Virus record (IMG/VR): IMGVR_UViG_3300024346_000007
DNA length: 64,000 bases
Reading direction: 5' to 3' (one strand)
Origin: a virus
The notes beneath the pieces are model-generated. The model did not search any database. It worked only from the letters and a program-made list of their open reading frames with translations, and was not told where the DNA came from. The stretch's first letter is position 1. Every line of letters starts with the position of its first letter. Of this stretch, positions 19,601-27,800 are shown one piece after another. The translations under genes and the position numbers were made by a program.

Positions 19601-20822
19601 ACGTAAGTACATTTATGCTAGATGTATTATAAGTAGGAGTTGATAGTTTTAAAGACCCTGTTATATTAATAGATCCTACTAATTGATAAGATCCGGTAAG
19701 TTGTTTAGAATTAGTCCAAACACTTCCGCTTTTAACGAGCAGATCACCGTATGATGATGTAGTTGTCGTGTCTATTAAATCGTGGAGCTCGCCTAATTCG
19801 TAACCGTTATCGATTTTTATGTATATTGATCCTAAAGTAGCATTTACTCTCTCAACAAAACCTAAGATAACAGTGTGATTAGGAGCAATTGGTCTAGTTT
19901 GAGTATATTGTCCTGCAGAACCGCTTAGATATATAGCTCTACCAGCTATTAATCCAGATGTATTTATTTTTCTTAAAGATCCTTCTGTTTGTATCCATCC
20001 TTCAGCTCCAGCTGATATTGGTTCTGCTACAAATCCTAAAGTATTAGCTGATCCTTGTTCAGCAACTGCTGAAGCTAATTTAACAGCTACTCTGTTGCCT
20101 TGTGATCCTGAAATATATACTACTTGTCCTTTTGTTAAAGGATTTCCTGTACTGTTGTAAGCGTATTGGTATAGATCTTCACCTATATTTGCAATAACAT
20201 TTCCTCCAGCTAATCCAAGTTGTAGAGTACCTTCTCCAGAATCATACTTTAATCTTCCCACAGCATCCACTACAGATGCCGTAGTATCAAATTGTATATA
20301 ATCTACATCTGTTAATCCTCCAGATATAATCATATTAACAGCATAAGAAGCTGTTAGAGAGGTTGTTGCAAAGCTAGAAGATACTGCATATGATGATGTT
20401 ATAGCATTTAGAGCCCAACTTGCGGTTCCAAATAGGCTACCAGTTATGCTTGGTGCGTTTAAACTACCAGTTATAGCTACTGATCCGGATACATCTAAGG
20501 TGGCGCTTAAGGGCCCTTCCTTGCCTATACCTACTAAAGATTGAGATACATATAGTGCTTGTTTACCATACTGGCCAATTCTGACAGTATTATCTGAGAA
20601 GGCTTCTATTACGGGTAATCCAGCGGCTGTATTGACGGAAAATAGAGATCCTGATAGAGAATCATCGACTGAGAAGAGACGGCCTGAAGTGCCGTCAACA
20701 GTAAATACATTAGATCCTGAAGCATTGATTGCTAAAGATCCTGAAATAGCTGAAGAGCCTGTTATATTAGCCCCTCCTTGGTCTACTATGACCCCGTTTT
20801 TTATCCGAAATTCTTGTGGCAT
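13668..20822 (-). CDS. Giant tail fibre/appendage (2384 aa) with beta-helix (pectin lyase-like) domains and two Gly-Ser/Thr repeat tracts
   Basis: Two pectinesterase-like starts (YNAIKTAISSI...VSVAPGIYIE; VAKKGGDFTSISASV...IEVGPGQYTE), two HEFTGS modules and (G-S/T-S/T)n tracts. Confidence 0.8.
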   Translation of the reverse strand: MPQEFRIKNGVIVDQGGANITGSSAISGSLAINASGSNVFTVDGTSGRLFSVDDSLSGSLFSVNTAAGLPVIEAFSDNTVRIGQYGKQALYVSQSLVGIGKEGPLSATLDVSGSVAITGSLNAPSITGSLFGTASWALNAITSSYAVSSSFATTSLTASYAVNMIISGGLTDVDYIQFDTTASVVDAVGRLKYDSGEGTLQLGLAGGNVIANIGEDLYQYAYNSTGNPLTKGQVVYISGSQGNRVAVKLASAVAEQGSANTLGFVAEPISAGAEGWIQTEGSLRKINTSGLIAGRAIYLSGSAGQYTQTRPIAPNHTVILGFVERVNATLGSIYIKIDNGYELGELHDLIDTTTTSSYGDLLVKSGSVWTNSKQLTGSYQLVGSINITGSLKLSTPTYNTSSINVLTYNTASSTVEYSTINDLTFTKNIVNVGLSGSRGVRYNAIKTAISSITDASENNTYTVSVAPGIYIEDTITVPSWVAIKGDSSISTVVSASNPSSSIFVMSDQSMVIDMQIQGTTFTGSSAVVYSSATTPQRNAIAYVENVRFGTNYTNAKVIGSGSSGNCILQCSNVKYGGYTDAGLLKSFDVGFHVTSGSSGGIGRMQLRNVTSTNGGVAGSDNNQIFALADAPGCTFIVNGCLLTRSTGTARGTGFKVYNGGQLRLTGVNFQRWINGIWAPQTGSAPSIDAIALNFENCTTDVLIEHTGSTGKVQGTDNFLKTIIPTDAPLYEVGQDPRRLFVAKKGGDFTSISASVAWISGSNENNRYVIEVGPGQYTENTIDLTGRPYVSIVGSNIQTTQIFPSSSTQHIIKMGINNEVSFLSLANAGSGYSAIYVDDIGDFAQVHKISIYDCDRGITVLANTTDTQFYGEYVDINGTFTYGTYISSSNGGSVSTTVENYYLFPSASATIGNFVTGPSSSLSLYTSKFLGDGTTDSTAVKLENGAQLEGAAIDIQDWDYGYVVPNVGIGPNFRVVGSMIHDSTTYDFNILNATTRGRYQGVSDHSKINNASEDFYWNFLDDADGENDITRKLSVTFADGTHTDATTLIFKGSSMGVMEGGQITISGSLTINTAAGFGYLENSINPDVYQRVDWVNSTLTLSPNTNNYIYLDESGILSAAGSAPNSTQNIILGRVVTNATGVEFIDQSPYDGAHMSNKLSKFNRDALGPVFADGSIVSENVTPFKLDVTQGSYFFSENNFTPAGTGSINFTQYYRSGSGWNRSQTTTVTSNTFDSGSDVLVPLSSSAYTKHTLYLVGDGVDEEYFLVVGQTQYNSLVEAEGAALPTPPTYFSDGVVSLASIYVRSGSANIIEIQDIRPIIGFRAAGVNASATHGNLLGLGADDHTQYLLVNGTRQMSGNLGLGGNNIYNVAQVSASSIISPSITGSLQGTASWALNAFTASSADNFTVRGTLTAQTLIVQTITASVEFVTGSTHFGTVVQNTHEFTGSVSISGSLVINGTSYTAATSGTSGTSGTSGSTGTSGTSGSSGSSGTRGSSGSSGSTGSSGSTGTSGTSGSTGTSGSSGSTGSSGSTGTSGSSGSTGTSGSSGSSGQNGSSGSSGSTGTSGSTGTSGSTGTSGSSGTSGSSGSTGTSGSTGSSGSSGSSGANGSSGTSGSTGTSGSTGSSGTSGTSGSSGSTGTSGSSGTAGSSGSSGSSGTSGSSGSTGTSGSSGSTGTSGSSGSTGTSGSSGTGGTSGSSGTGFNTISNPAIGRVLVADASNNAATASAILVVNNGAVSVSGSTIITGSLSVSGASGTTLFSSNVDTLLLTGSAIITGSVVVTGSINVLGSITGSLSGTASWAINALTASSADNFTVRGTLTAQTIVVQTISSSVLYSSGSNVFGDSLLDNHEFTGSVKITGSIAVKDLALNSGLTRFVVVDSATGQFFYNTAGAAGSSGTSGSSGSSGQNGSSGSSGSSGSSGQNGSSGTSGSTGTSGSSGSSGSSGQNGSSGTSGSTGTSGSAGSSGSSGQNGSSGTSGSTGTSGSSGSSGQNGSSGTSGSTGTSGSSGSSGQNGSSGTSGSTGTSGSSGSSGSSGQNGSSGTSGFTGTSGSTGSSGSSGSSGQNGSSGTSGSSGSTGTSGSSGSSGSRGSSGSSGSTGSSGSTGTSGSSGSSGQNGSSGTSGSSGQNGSSGTSGSSGQNGSSGTSGSSGQNGSSGTSGSSGQNGSSGTSGSSGSSGSSGQNGSSGTSGSAGSTGTSGSAGSSGSSGQNGSSGTSGSSGSSGSRGSSGSSGSTGSSGSTGSTGSSGSSGSTGSSGSSGSTISLTVADGGVIQGTGITYLEFATNITATVTNTTASISATGGSGGGLATKAGSVANSSFTGNPKKATVTFAAAFTDANYSVAITGEDARSWTLESKIAGSFVINANSNTALAGSTSWVAVKHGETA
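14046..15150 (-). repeat. Coding (GSS/GTS/GQN)n repeat tract
   Basis: 9-nt periodicity; recurring GSSGQNGSSGTS units; boundaries approximate. Confidence 0.9.
15726..16430 (-). repeat. Coding (GSS/GTS/GST)n repeat tract
   Basis: Gly every third residue; boundaries approximate. Confidence 0.9.
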
Positions 20823-20871
20823 ATGTATTTACTGTTTTCACTATCCGACAGTCCTATATAAATATAGAGAT

Positions 20872-21132
20872 CTATGGTAATACAATAGGACTAGTCCACT
20901 CTTCTGTGGCTAATATTATCAATATTTCATCGTATGTGTAGGGCCCTTGTTTTGTAGTTAACCCATCTACTGATGATGGGATTGTTTCTGAGTCCCACTT
21001 TACAAATGTCTTGGTTTGATCTACAGACTTTCTTACGGTATCTATAGAAGTCTCTAGTACTTGAGTAAAGTCAACGTTTGGTAGTTCTGATACGTTGAAG
21101 ATCATGAATTCTCTGTGTTCGTAGTTATGCAT
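20872..21132 (-). CDS. Small virion-associated protein, paralog of 37274-37612
   Basis: VDFTQVLETSIDTVRKSVDQTKTFVKW...YTYDEILIILATEEWTSPI versus IDYNQVIEYSPESLRYSIDTTQTFVKY...YNHEDILTLLSTEAWTSPI. Confidence 0.7.
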   Translation of the reverse strand: MHNYEHREFMIFNVSELPNVDFTQVLETSIDTVRKSVDQTKTFVKWDSETIPSSVDGLTTKQGPYTYDEILIILATEEWTSPIVLP

Positions 21133-21135
21133 AAT

Positions 21136-21810
21136 TTATAGATTAAAGCGTGATTTTTGTGCGTTATAGTTTTGGAGGATTTCTTGTATAGTTAGCTCTC
21201 TGTTATACAAAATAAAAGACCCAGCTTGCATATTAGTAGCTGTATTTATGCTATCACTTCTGTTAGCTATAGTAAATCTATTATGTGTATTCCAAGAAGA
21301 AACTCCTGTGGCAACTAATGTTATCATTTCCCACGAGCCAGTCGTATTGATATTACTAACAGTAGCCCAAGTACTTACAGATGACCCTGCAAGTACTCCA
21401 TTTTTATATAGTTTTATACCAGTATTCCCTGTACCGCCCCAATATTGAAAAGTAGCACCGAGAGATCTTCTTACCCCCCACCCTTGAACTAAAGTTCCCT
21501 CCTCTGCATTATAAGAAATGTAAGTTTCGTAACTGCTTATATATGAGGTCAAATACATCCATATATTTGCAGTAATAGTAGTGTAGTTTTTTAAGGCTGC
21601 GTCTGTTCTTACAGCATAATCATCTACACCATCAAATACAATGCTATTATTTGAAAAAGTAGGTCCATTAACTAGGGATCCACTATTCCCATTTCCACTA
21701 ACATCATTCCAAACAGTAGATCCACTCATATAGCTATTCCTATCAGCAGCATCTAATGCTAATACTAATCCTGAAGTTACAATACGGCCAAAAGCATACT
21801 GAGTACTCAT
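21136..21810 (-). CDS. LamG/concanavalin A-like lectin domain protein
   Basis: GLVLALDAA...WNDVSGNGN...FDGVDDY...YNRELT..EILQNYNAQKSRF. Confidence 0.8.
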   Translation of the reverse strand: MSTQYAFGRIVTSGLVLALDAADRNSYMSGSTVWNDVSGNGNSGSLVNGPTFSNNSIVFDGVDDYAVRTDAALKNYTTITANIWMYLTSYISSYETYISYNAEEGTLVQGWGVRRSLGATFQYWGGTGNTGIKLYKNGVLAGSSVSTWATVSNINTTGSWEMITLVATGVSSWNTHNRFTIANRSDSINTATNMQAGSFILYNRELTIQEILQNYNAQKSRFNL

Positions 21811-22562
21811 TTGTCTTCATTTAATCGTTTCCATATATAGCCCTTGTGAGTCTTTCTTTCACCGCTTAAGCATCTAAATACCCCTGAAGCAGTTGCTCCT
21901 GTTTGACGGATGGCTTCTTTTATAGATTCGTAAGTTGCTATTATTTGTCCATCTAAACTAAGTAATTGTATATTCACTTTAGCTTTATTAGCCAAACTCA
22001 TCTTTACCTTTGTTTCCTCAGAAGTTGGCCTACCTTTATGAAATTCGCTTATCATTCTTTTCTGGTCTTCTGAGATCTTTTTTCCTTTATTTCTTTCAGA
22101 CACTTTTTTAATGTGGTCCAAACTAAGTTTTCTTCCTTTTAACCCTTTTGAGATATTTTTAGCGTGATCTTCTGTTTTTTTCTTACCAATATGAGCCTCA
22201 CTCATTTTTTTTCTTGTTTCTTCAGACGCTTTCTTCCCTGTTATAGCCTTCCTATGATTTTCTATTTGGGTATGTGTTTTTTTATACCCAGCAGTACCCT
22301 CTCCACCATCAGTTAAATTATACCCATTAGGACGTTTTGTATTAAGCTTTTCTATCCAAAATATTTCTCTAATTGATAGTTCTTCTGGTTTTATATTTTC
22401 TTCTAGTATTTCTTTAATAAAACTTTCCTTTCCATACTTTTGTATAGCTTTATTTATTATCACTCCTGATCCTAAGTAATACTTACTTTTGTTAACAGGT
22501 TTACTCATTTTACCAACATACATCTTATTATTTATCATATTGGTTATACAATATATGTACAT
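21807..22562 (-). mobile_element. Free-standing GIY-YIG homing endonuclease (Seg-like) with NUMOD3-type repeats and a C-terminal NUMOD1/HTH
   Basis: MYIYCITNMINNKMYVG, AIQKYGKESF, REIFWI, GYNLTDGGEG, repeated SEETRKKMS, and YESIKEAIRQTG...HKGYIWK. Confidence 0.9.
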
Positions 22563-22594
22563 ATTTTATCTTTTATATAAATATGTAGATTTTG

Positions 22595-22624
22595 TATTTT
22601 ACCGTTTGCGTATTGTGTTGCCAT
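22595..22624 (-). pseudogene. Orphaned 5' remnant of a LamG gene (MATQYANGKI)
   Basis: 7/10 aa identical to the start of the LamG gene on the other side of the endonuclease (MSTQYAFGRI). Confidence 0.6.
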
Positions 22625-22628
22625 AACT

Positions 22629-23345
22629 TTATAGATTGAATCTTGATTTTAATGCGTTGTAGTTTTGGAGGACTTCTTGTGCTGAGAGAGCTCGGTTATA
22701 TATCCGTGTATTATATATTTTTCCATTTGTCCAGCCTCTAAATGAACCTCCAAATTTTAAAACACCTGTGCCTCCGATATTAACAGGTGTATCTATTGCA
22801 ATATCAAAAGTAGATGTAAATACCCCAGTTGTAATTAACCTGCCATTAATATATATCTTTATTTCATCTGTAATAGTATCACAAGTTCCGACAGCATGTA
22901 CATTTATACCAAAAGCACTCATAGTCGCTAAAGCTCCTCTTTGAACTCTGTCTGTACCTGTTACTCCAAAAAATATAGCTGAGGGTCCAGCGCTTAGTAC
23001 GTATTGTTCATAAAAGTCTGCATAGTTATTTTGCTTAAATACAATAGGGGCGTAGTTTGCTCCGTAAGAGGTAACGTTAAAAAAAGAAGATACAGTAATT
23101 GAACTAGTAGGATTTAAAATTGTACTTCCACTATTAATTAATACGTAATCATCAAGACCATCAAACACAATACTTCCTAAATTATTAGAACTAAAAGTAG
23201 GTCCATTCACTAAACTGCCAGTAAAGTTATTTGCAGTTAAGTCTCTCCATGTAGTACCACTCCCAGGATATGAATTTCTATCACTAGCATCTAATGCTAA
23301 TACTAATCCATCATCAATCATATTTGGTCCACCTGATACTCCCAT
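22629..23345 (-). CDS. LamG/ConA-like lectin domain protein
   Basis: GLVLALDAS...FDGLDDY...IYNRALSAQEVLQNYNALKSRF. Confidence 0.8.
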   Translation of the reverse strand: MGVSGGPNMIDDGLVLALDASDRNSYPGSGTTWRDLTANNFTGSLVNGPTFSSNNLGSIVFDGLDDYVLINSGSTILNPTSSITVSSFFNVTSYGANYAPIVFKQNNYADFYEQYVLSAGPSAIFFGVTGTDRVQRGALATMSAFGINVHAVGTCDTITDEIKIYINGRLITTGVFTSTFDIAIDTPVNIGGTGVLKFGGSFRGWTNGKIYNTRIYNRALSAQEVLQNYNALKSRFNL

Positions 23346-23347
23346 AG

Positions 23348-24034
23348 TTATAAGCCGAAGCGTGATTTTTGTGCGTTATAGTTTTGTAGGACTTCTGTTG
23401 CTGATAAGGCTCGGTTGTATAGTAATCCTCCGGCTATATTTCCTTTAAAAATTCTACCTGATCCCGTATTGTCTCTAGCTAAAGATAAAGCAGCTAATGT
23501 TGTTGATGCATGACTTACGCTATTTGTAGCTGATCTTAGTCCTAATTGATTTACCAAATACGCTATTGCAAAAGTAGAAACAACGGTAATAGCAATCATG
23601 CTCCAAGATTCTGGTATTACTAATCCTGAATTCCATCCATACGTAGTAACTGTATCATTCCAATGGTATCCTATACCTTGTTGTCCAGATGGATCAACAT
23701 TCATTCCAGTTACATTACCTCCTGTACCGCCTCTTGAGTGCATCAATCCTGTATAACTTACTTGAAGACCATTTCTTTTTATCCATAGCAAAAAAGTAGC
23801 TTGAGTTAATATTATAGATCCAGCAACTGCTACGTAATCATCGACTCCATCAAAAACAATGCTTCCTCCATTAGTAGTATCAAAAGTAGGCCCATTAGAT
23901 AGAGTTCCTGTCTTTCCATTCCCACTAACATCATTCCAAACACTAGACCCACTCACATAACTATTCCTGTCTCCGGCATCTAATGATAATACCAACCCAC
24001 TAGTAACAATCCTCGGTCCATTTCCAAATGCCAT
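23348..24034 (-). CDS. LamG/ConA-like lectin domain protein
   Basis: GLVLSLDAG...FDGVDDY...YNRALSATEVLQNYNAQKSRF. Confidence 0.8.
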   Translation of the reverse strand: MAFGNGPRIVTSGLVLSLDAGDRNSYVSGSSVWNDVSGNGKTGTLSNGPTFDTTNGGSIVFDGVDDYVAVAGSIILTQATFLLWIKRNGLQVSYTGLMHSRGGTGGNVTGMNVDPSGQQGIGYHWNDTVTTYGWNSGLVIPESWSMIAITVVSTFAIAYLVNQLGLRSATNSVSHASTTLAALSLARDNTGSGRIFKGNIAGGLLYNRALSATEVLQNYNAQKSRFGL

Positions 24035-24046
24035 ACTTTTTATTTT

Positions 24047-24811
24047 TTATAGTCCGAATCTTGATTTTTGTGCGTTGTAGTTTTGTAACATCTCTGCGTC
24101 TGTTAAACCTCTATTATATACCTTAATATTATAAAGTCTCCCTGGATAAGAGGGGCTTCTGTCGTTATAAAAACTACCTAATGTGACAGGTAGTGATCCA
24201 AATGATAATGTGTTGGTGGTATTTACCCCAGAGTTTACTTTTTCCACTGTGTTTTCAAATACTTGTCTTCTAGGAAATTCAGAGGTTCTACATCTAAAAG
24301 TCATAATAGTTATTTTATTTAGTATATTAGATCCATATGAAACTCTTTGAGTAGGTAGACAACACCCAGCTACATCGTAATATACTACGCTATCTGACCA
24401 TGGAGTATGTCCGCTTATAGTTCTTGTTCCTGCAGCATCTGTCCAATGAAACAATGTACATGCTTTTGCTACAGTTGGCTGTATTATGACTTCTACTGTG
24501 TGCTCTTGATCCAGATTAAAAGCATTTGATGCTGGCCCTTCCATATAATCATCTATGCCATCAAAAGAAAAGTATCCTCCACTATTCCAAGACACAGAGT
24601 TGTTTAGCGTAAAATTTCTACTACCCCCACTTAAATCAGTCCAAGTAGTTCCGCTACCAGGGTAACTTAATACATTACCAGCATCTAAATTTAATACTAA
24701 TCCTTCTGTTACAATAGTAGATAATGATGACATACTAAGTCCACCACTATTATTTCTATTAATAAGTGATATATTACCTGAGTTATTTCTATTTAAAAAC
24801 GTTATTGGCAT
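24047..24811 (-). CDS. LamG/ConA-like lectin domain protein
   Basis: GLVLNLDAG...FDGIDDY...YNRGLTDAEMLQNYNAQKSRF. Likely start ATG 24811, a TAATG overlap with the fibre stop codon. Confidence 0.8.
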   Translation of the reverse strand: MPITFLNRNNSGNISLINRNNSGGLSMSSLSTIVTEGLVLNLDAGNVLSYPGSGTTWTDLSGGSRNFTLNNSVSWNSGGYFSFDGIDDYMEGPASNAFNLDQEHTVEVIIQPTVAKACTLFHWTDAAGTRTISGHTPWSDSVVYYDVAGCCLPTQRVSYGSNILNKITIMTFRCRTSEFPRRQVFENTVEKVNSGVNTTNTLSFGSLPVTLGSFYNDRSPSYPGRLYNIKVYNRGLTDAEMLQNYNAQKSRFGL

Positions 24812-27800
24812 TATAATAAGTTTGCTAATGCTTTTACTGTCCAACCTCCAGAAGAAGATGCATTAAGTAGAACATTACCGTTAGATAGTCCAACACTCAT
24901 GTACACTAGTGATGTATTTCCTATATCAGTAGTTGTCACTTCGGTATATCTTACTGTACTTCCACTCCATATTGACATTATTTGTCCTGATCTGGCATTT
25001 GAAGCAGACATTATATAATAATTGTAAAATGCTGATTTGAATGATCCTGTAGGGATTATAGATACGGCTGTTGTTCCTGCTGCTGTTGTAGAGGAAGTTG
25101 AATTGAATTCGGCTATGCCTATATCAAATGAAGAGTTTGCGTATGATGCTGTTGCAGCATATGATGCGCTTATCGCATTTAGTGAGTATGATGATGTTAT
25201 TGCGTTTTCTGCCCAGCTTGCAGTGCCGAATAGAGAACCTGTGAATGAAGCTGCAGTCACACTACTACTAAACGTGGCTGCACCTGTGGTATTGGCAATA
25301 TTAAGAACAACTGCTGCTGCTGAATGATTATAAAATTGCAAATCTGTATTAGACCCTATAGCCGAACTACCAACATACCAATTACTTGTCCCAGATGTTT
25401 GTAATATTATTCCATTTGCATCTCCCCCTGCTGCTCTGTTTAATGTCAACCCACCACTAAACCTACCCGTACCATTAACTTGTAGTTGTTCTCCAGTGTC
25501 ACCAGTTTGATTTATTAATAACCTGTTATTAGCAGTAAGAGTCATTGCTTGGGTGAAGGTGATAGCATTGCCTATCGTGCCGATTGGGGCAGTTAACCAT
25601 TGGTGTGCATTTTGAACTATTTGATAATTACCTGCTGAACCATTTGAGCTATATTTCCAACCTGAATTATAATATCCATTGTTAACTAAAATAGTTGCTC
25701 CACCATCTGGTAAACCATAAAATGAACCTAACCCACTTTGATAAACTTTTTGACCATTATCCCACGCACTCGGTGTAACACCTAAGCCGAGATTACCAGT
25801 AGAGGTAATGCGCACCTTTTCAGTATTATTTGTATAGATTGTAAAATCGTGATTAGTTTCAGTACCTATTAAAGCACTAGCTGCTATTTGTAGCTTTGCA
25901 ATTACAGTACCATTAGTAGTTTGAATTTGTGGATTTGTACCATCTTTAACTGTAATACCCGGTATTGACCCACTTTGAACTACTTCTAATTTTGATGATG
26001 GGTTTGTAGTACCTATACCAATATTTCCTGTTGAATGTTGGAATGTTAAAAAGAAAGAAGCTAAAGCATCAGAATACCAGTTCATGGATGTTGTATCAAC
26101 AGCCATTTCCATTCTTTTGGCTCCAGCATTATCAAGAAAATGCATATTAGCTCCGTTAGTGTCAGAAGCTCTAGATTTAAGATAACCCAAATGATTAATA
26201 CTAATAAATTCTTTACCACCAGATCCTTTAAATATAAAAGCGTCTCCTGAAGTTGATACTATATTTAGTAAAGCATTTGGAGTTGTAGTACCTATACCAA
26301 TATTACTTGATGATTGGTACATTACACTGCTACTTAAACTAGTTGCTCCACTCCATAGTGGTATATAGTTTGTAGCACCTCCTAATACATTTGAAGCAGT
26401 AGCAACAGACATTGATCCTGTCTGATTAGACAATACAACACTGCTGTTATTTACAGATAAACTCCCTGATATAGTTACGCTACCAGTAAATTCGTGTGTA
26501 TTTGATATTATACTACCGAAATGAGTAGACCCAGTCACAAATTCTACGCTAGACGTGATAGTTTGTACTATAAGAGTCTGTGCTGTTATTGTATTTGATA
26601 CTGTCAGTGAGCCAGTGATGAACGCACTGCCAGACATACTCACCGCTCCGTTATTAACGGTTAGGATAGCTGATGCTGTGGCTGCATTTAAAGTACCGTC
26701 AGATATTAAGACTCTGCCTATAGCAGCATTGCTTATAGTATTAAACCCTGTACCGCTACTTCCTGAAGTTCCTGATGTTCCAGAAGATCCGGCTGAGCCA
26801 GAAGTACCAGAAGAGCCGGATGTACCTGTACTACCTGAGGAACCAGACGTTCCGCTAGATCCTGCACTTCCAGAAGTACCTGAGCTGCCACTAGTGCCTG
26901 AGCTTCCTGCTGAACCTGATGTACCAGTAGATCCACTAGATCCTGAGCTTCCACTTGTACCTGTGCTACCTGATGATCCCGATGTGCCACTTGACCCACT
27001 AGATCCTGAAGTACCGGTAGATCCAGAAGAACCGGATGTTCCGCTTGTACCAGATGATCCAGAGGTACCTGTGCTACCGGAACTTCCACTAGTTCCAGAT
27101 GTTCCTGCACTTCCAGAAGACCCTGAGGTTCCAGAAGAGCCAGATGTACCTGTTGACCCAGAAGATCCTGAAGTTCCTGTTGAACCACTGCTGCCAGAAG
27201 TGCCTGAAGAGCCACTACTACCAGAGCTGCCGCTAGTACCTGTTGATCCAGATGAACCAGATGTACCAGAACTACCACTAGTACCTGTAGAACCAGATGA
27301 ACCAGAGGTTCCGGAAGTGCCTGAAGATCCTGCTGTACCAGATGTACCACTAGTTCCTGATGTGGCTGCAGTGTATGATGTACCGTTGATTACTAAGGAT
27401 CCAGATATTGATAAAGATCCAGTAAATTCATGTGTATTTTGGATGATGGTTCCAAAATGAGTAGACCCTGTTACAAACTCTACAGAAGATGTAATAGTTT
27501 GAACTACTATAGTCTGTGCTGTAAGCGTGCCTCTAACAAGGAAATTGTCTGCTGAAGATGCTGTAACAGCGTGTGATGCGCTTATTACACTGTTTTGTCC
27601 ATAAGGTCCGTAAACATTAGAGGCTGTTATATAAGAAGCAGTTAAAGCGTTCTCTGCCCAACTAGAAGTCCCTTGTAGCGAACCTGTGAATCCGTTTGTA
27701 GCTGATAGAGATCCGGTTAAGGAGTGTACGTCATTTGGTCTTAGTGTTAACTTAGCTCCTAATTCACCGTCAAAGTCTTCTCTAGTCCAGAAAATTAAAC

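Noticed and set aside
21807-22628. Group I intron around the GIY-YIG gene
   Set aside because: Only ~30 nt of flank upstream and none downstream, leaving no room for a ribozyme core.
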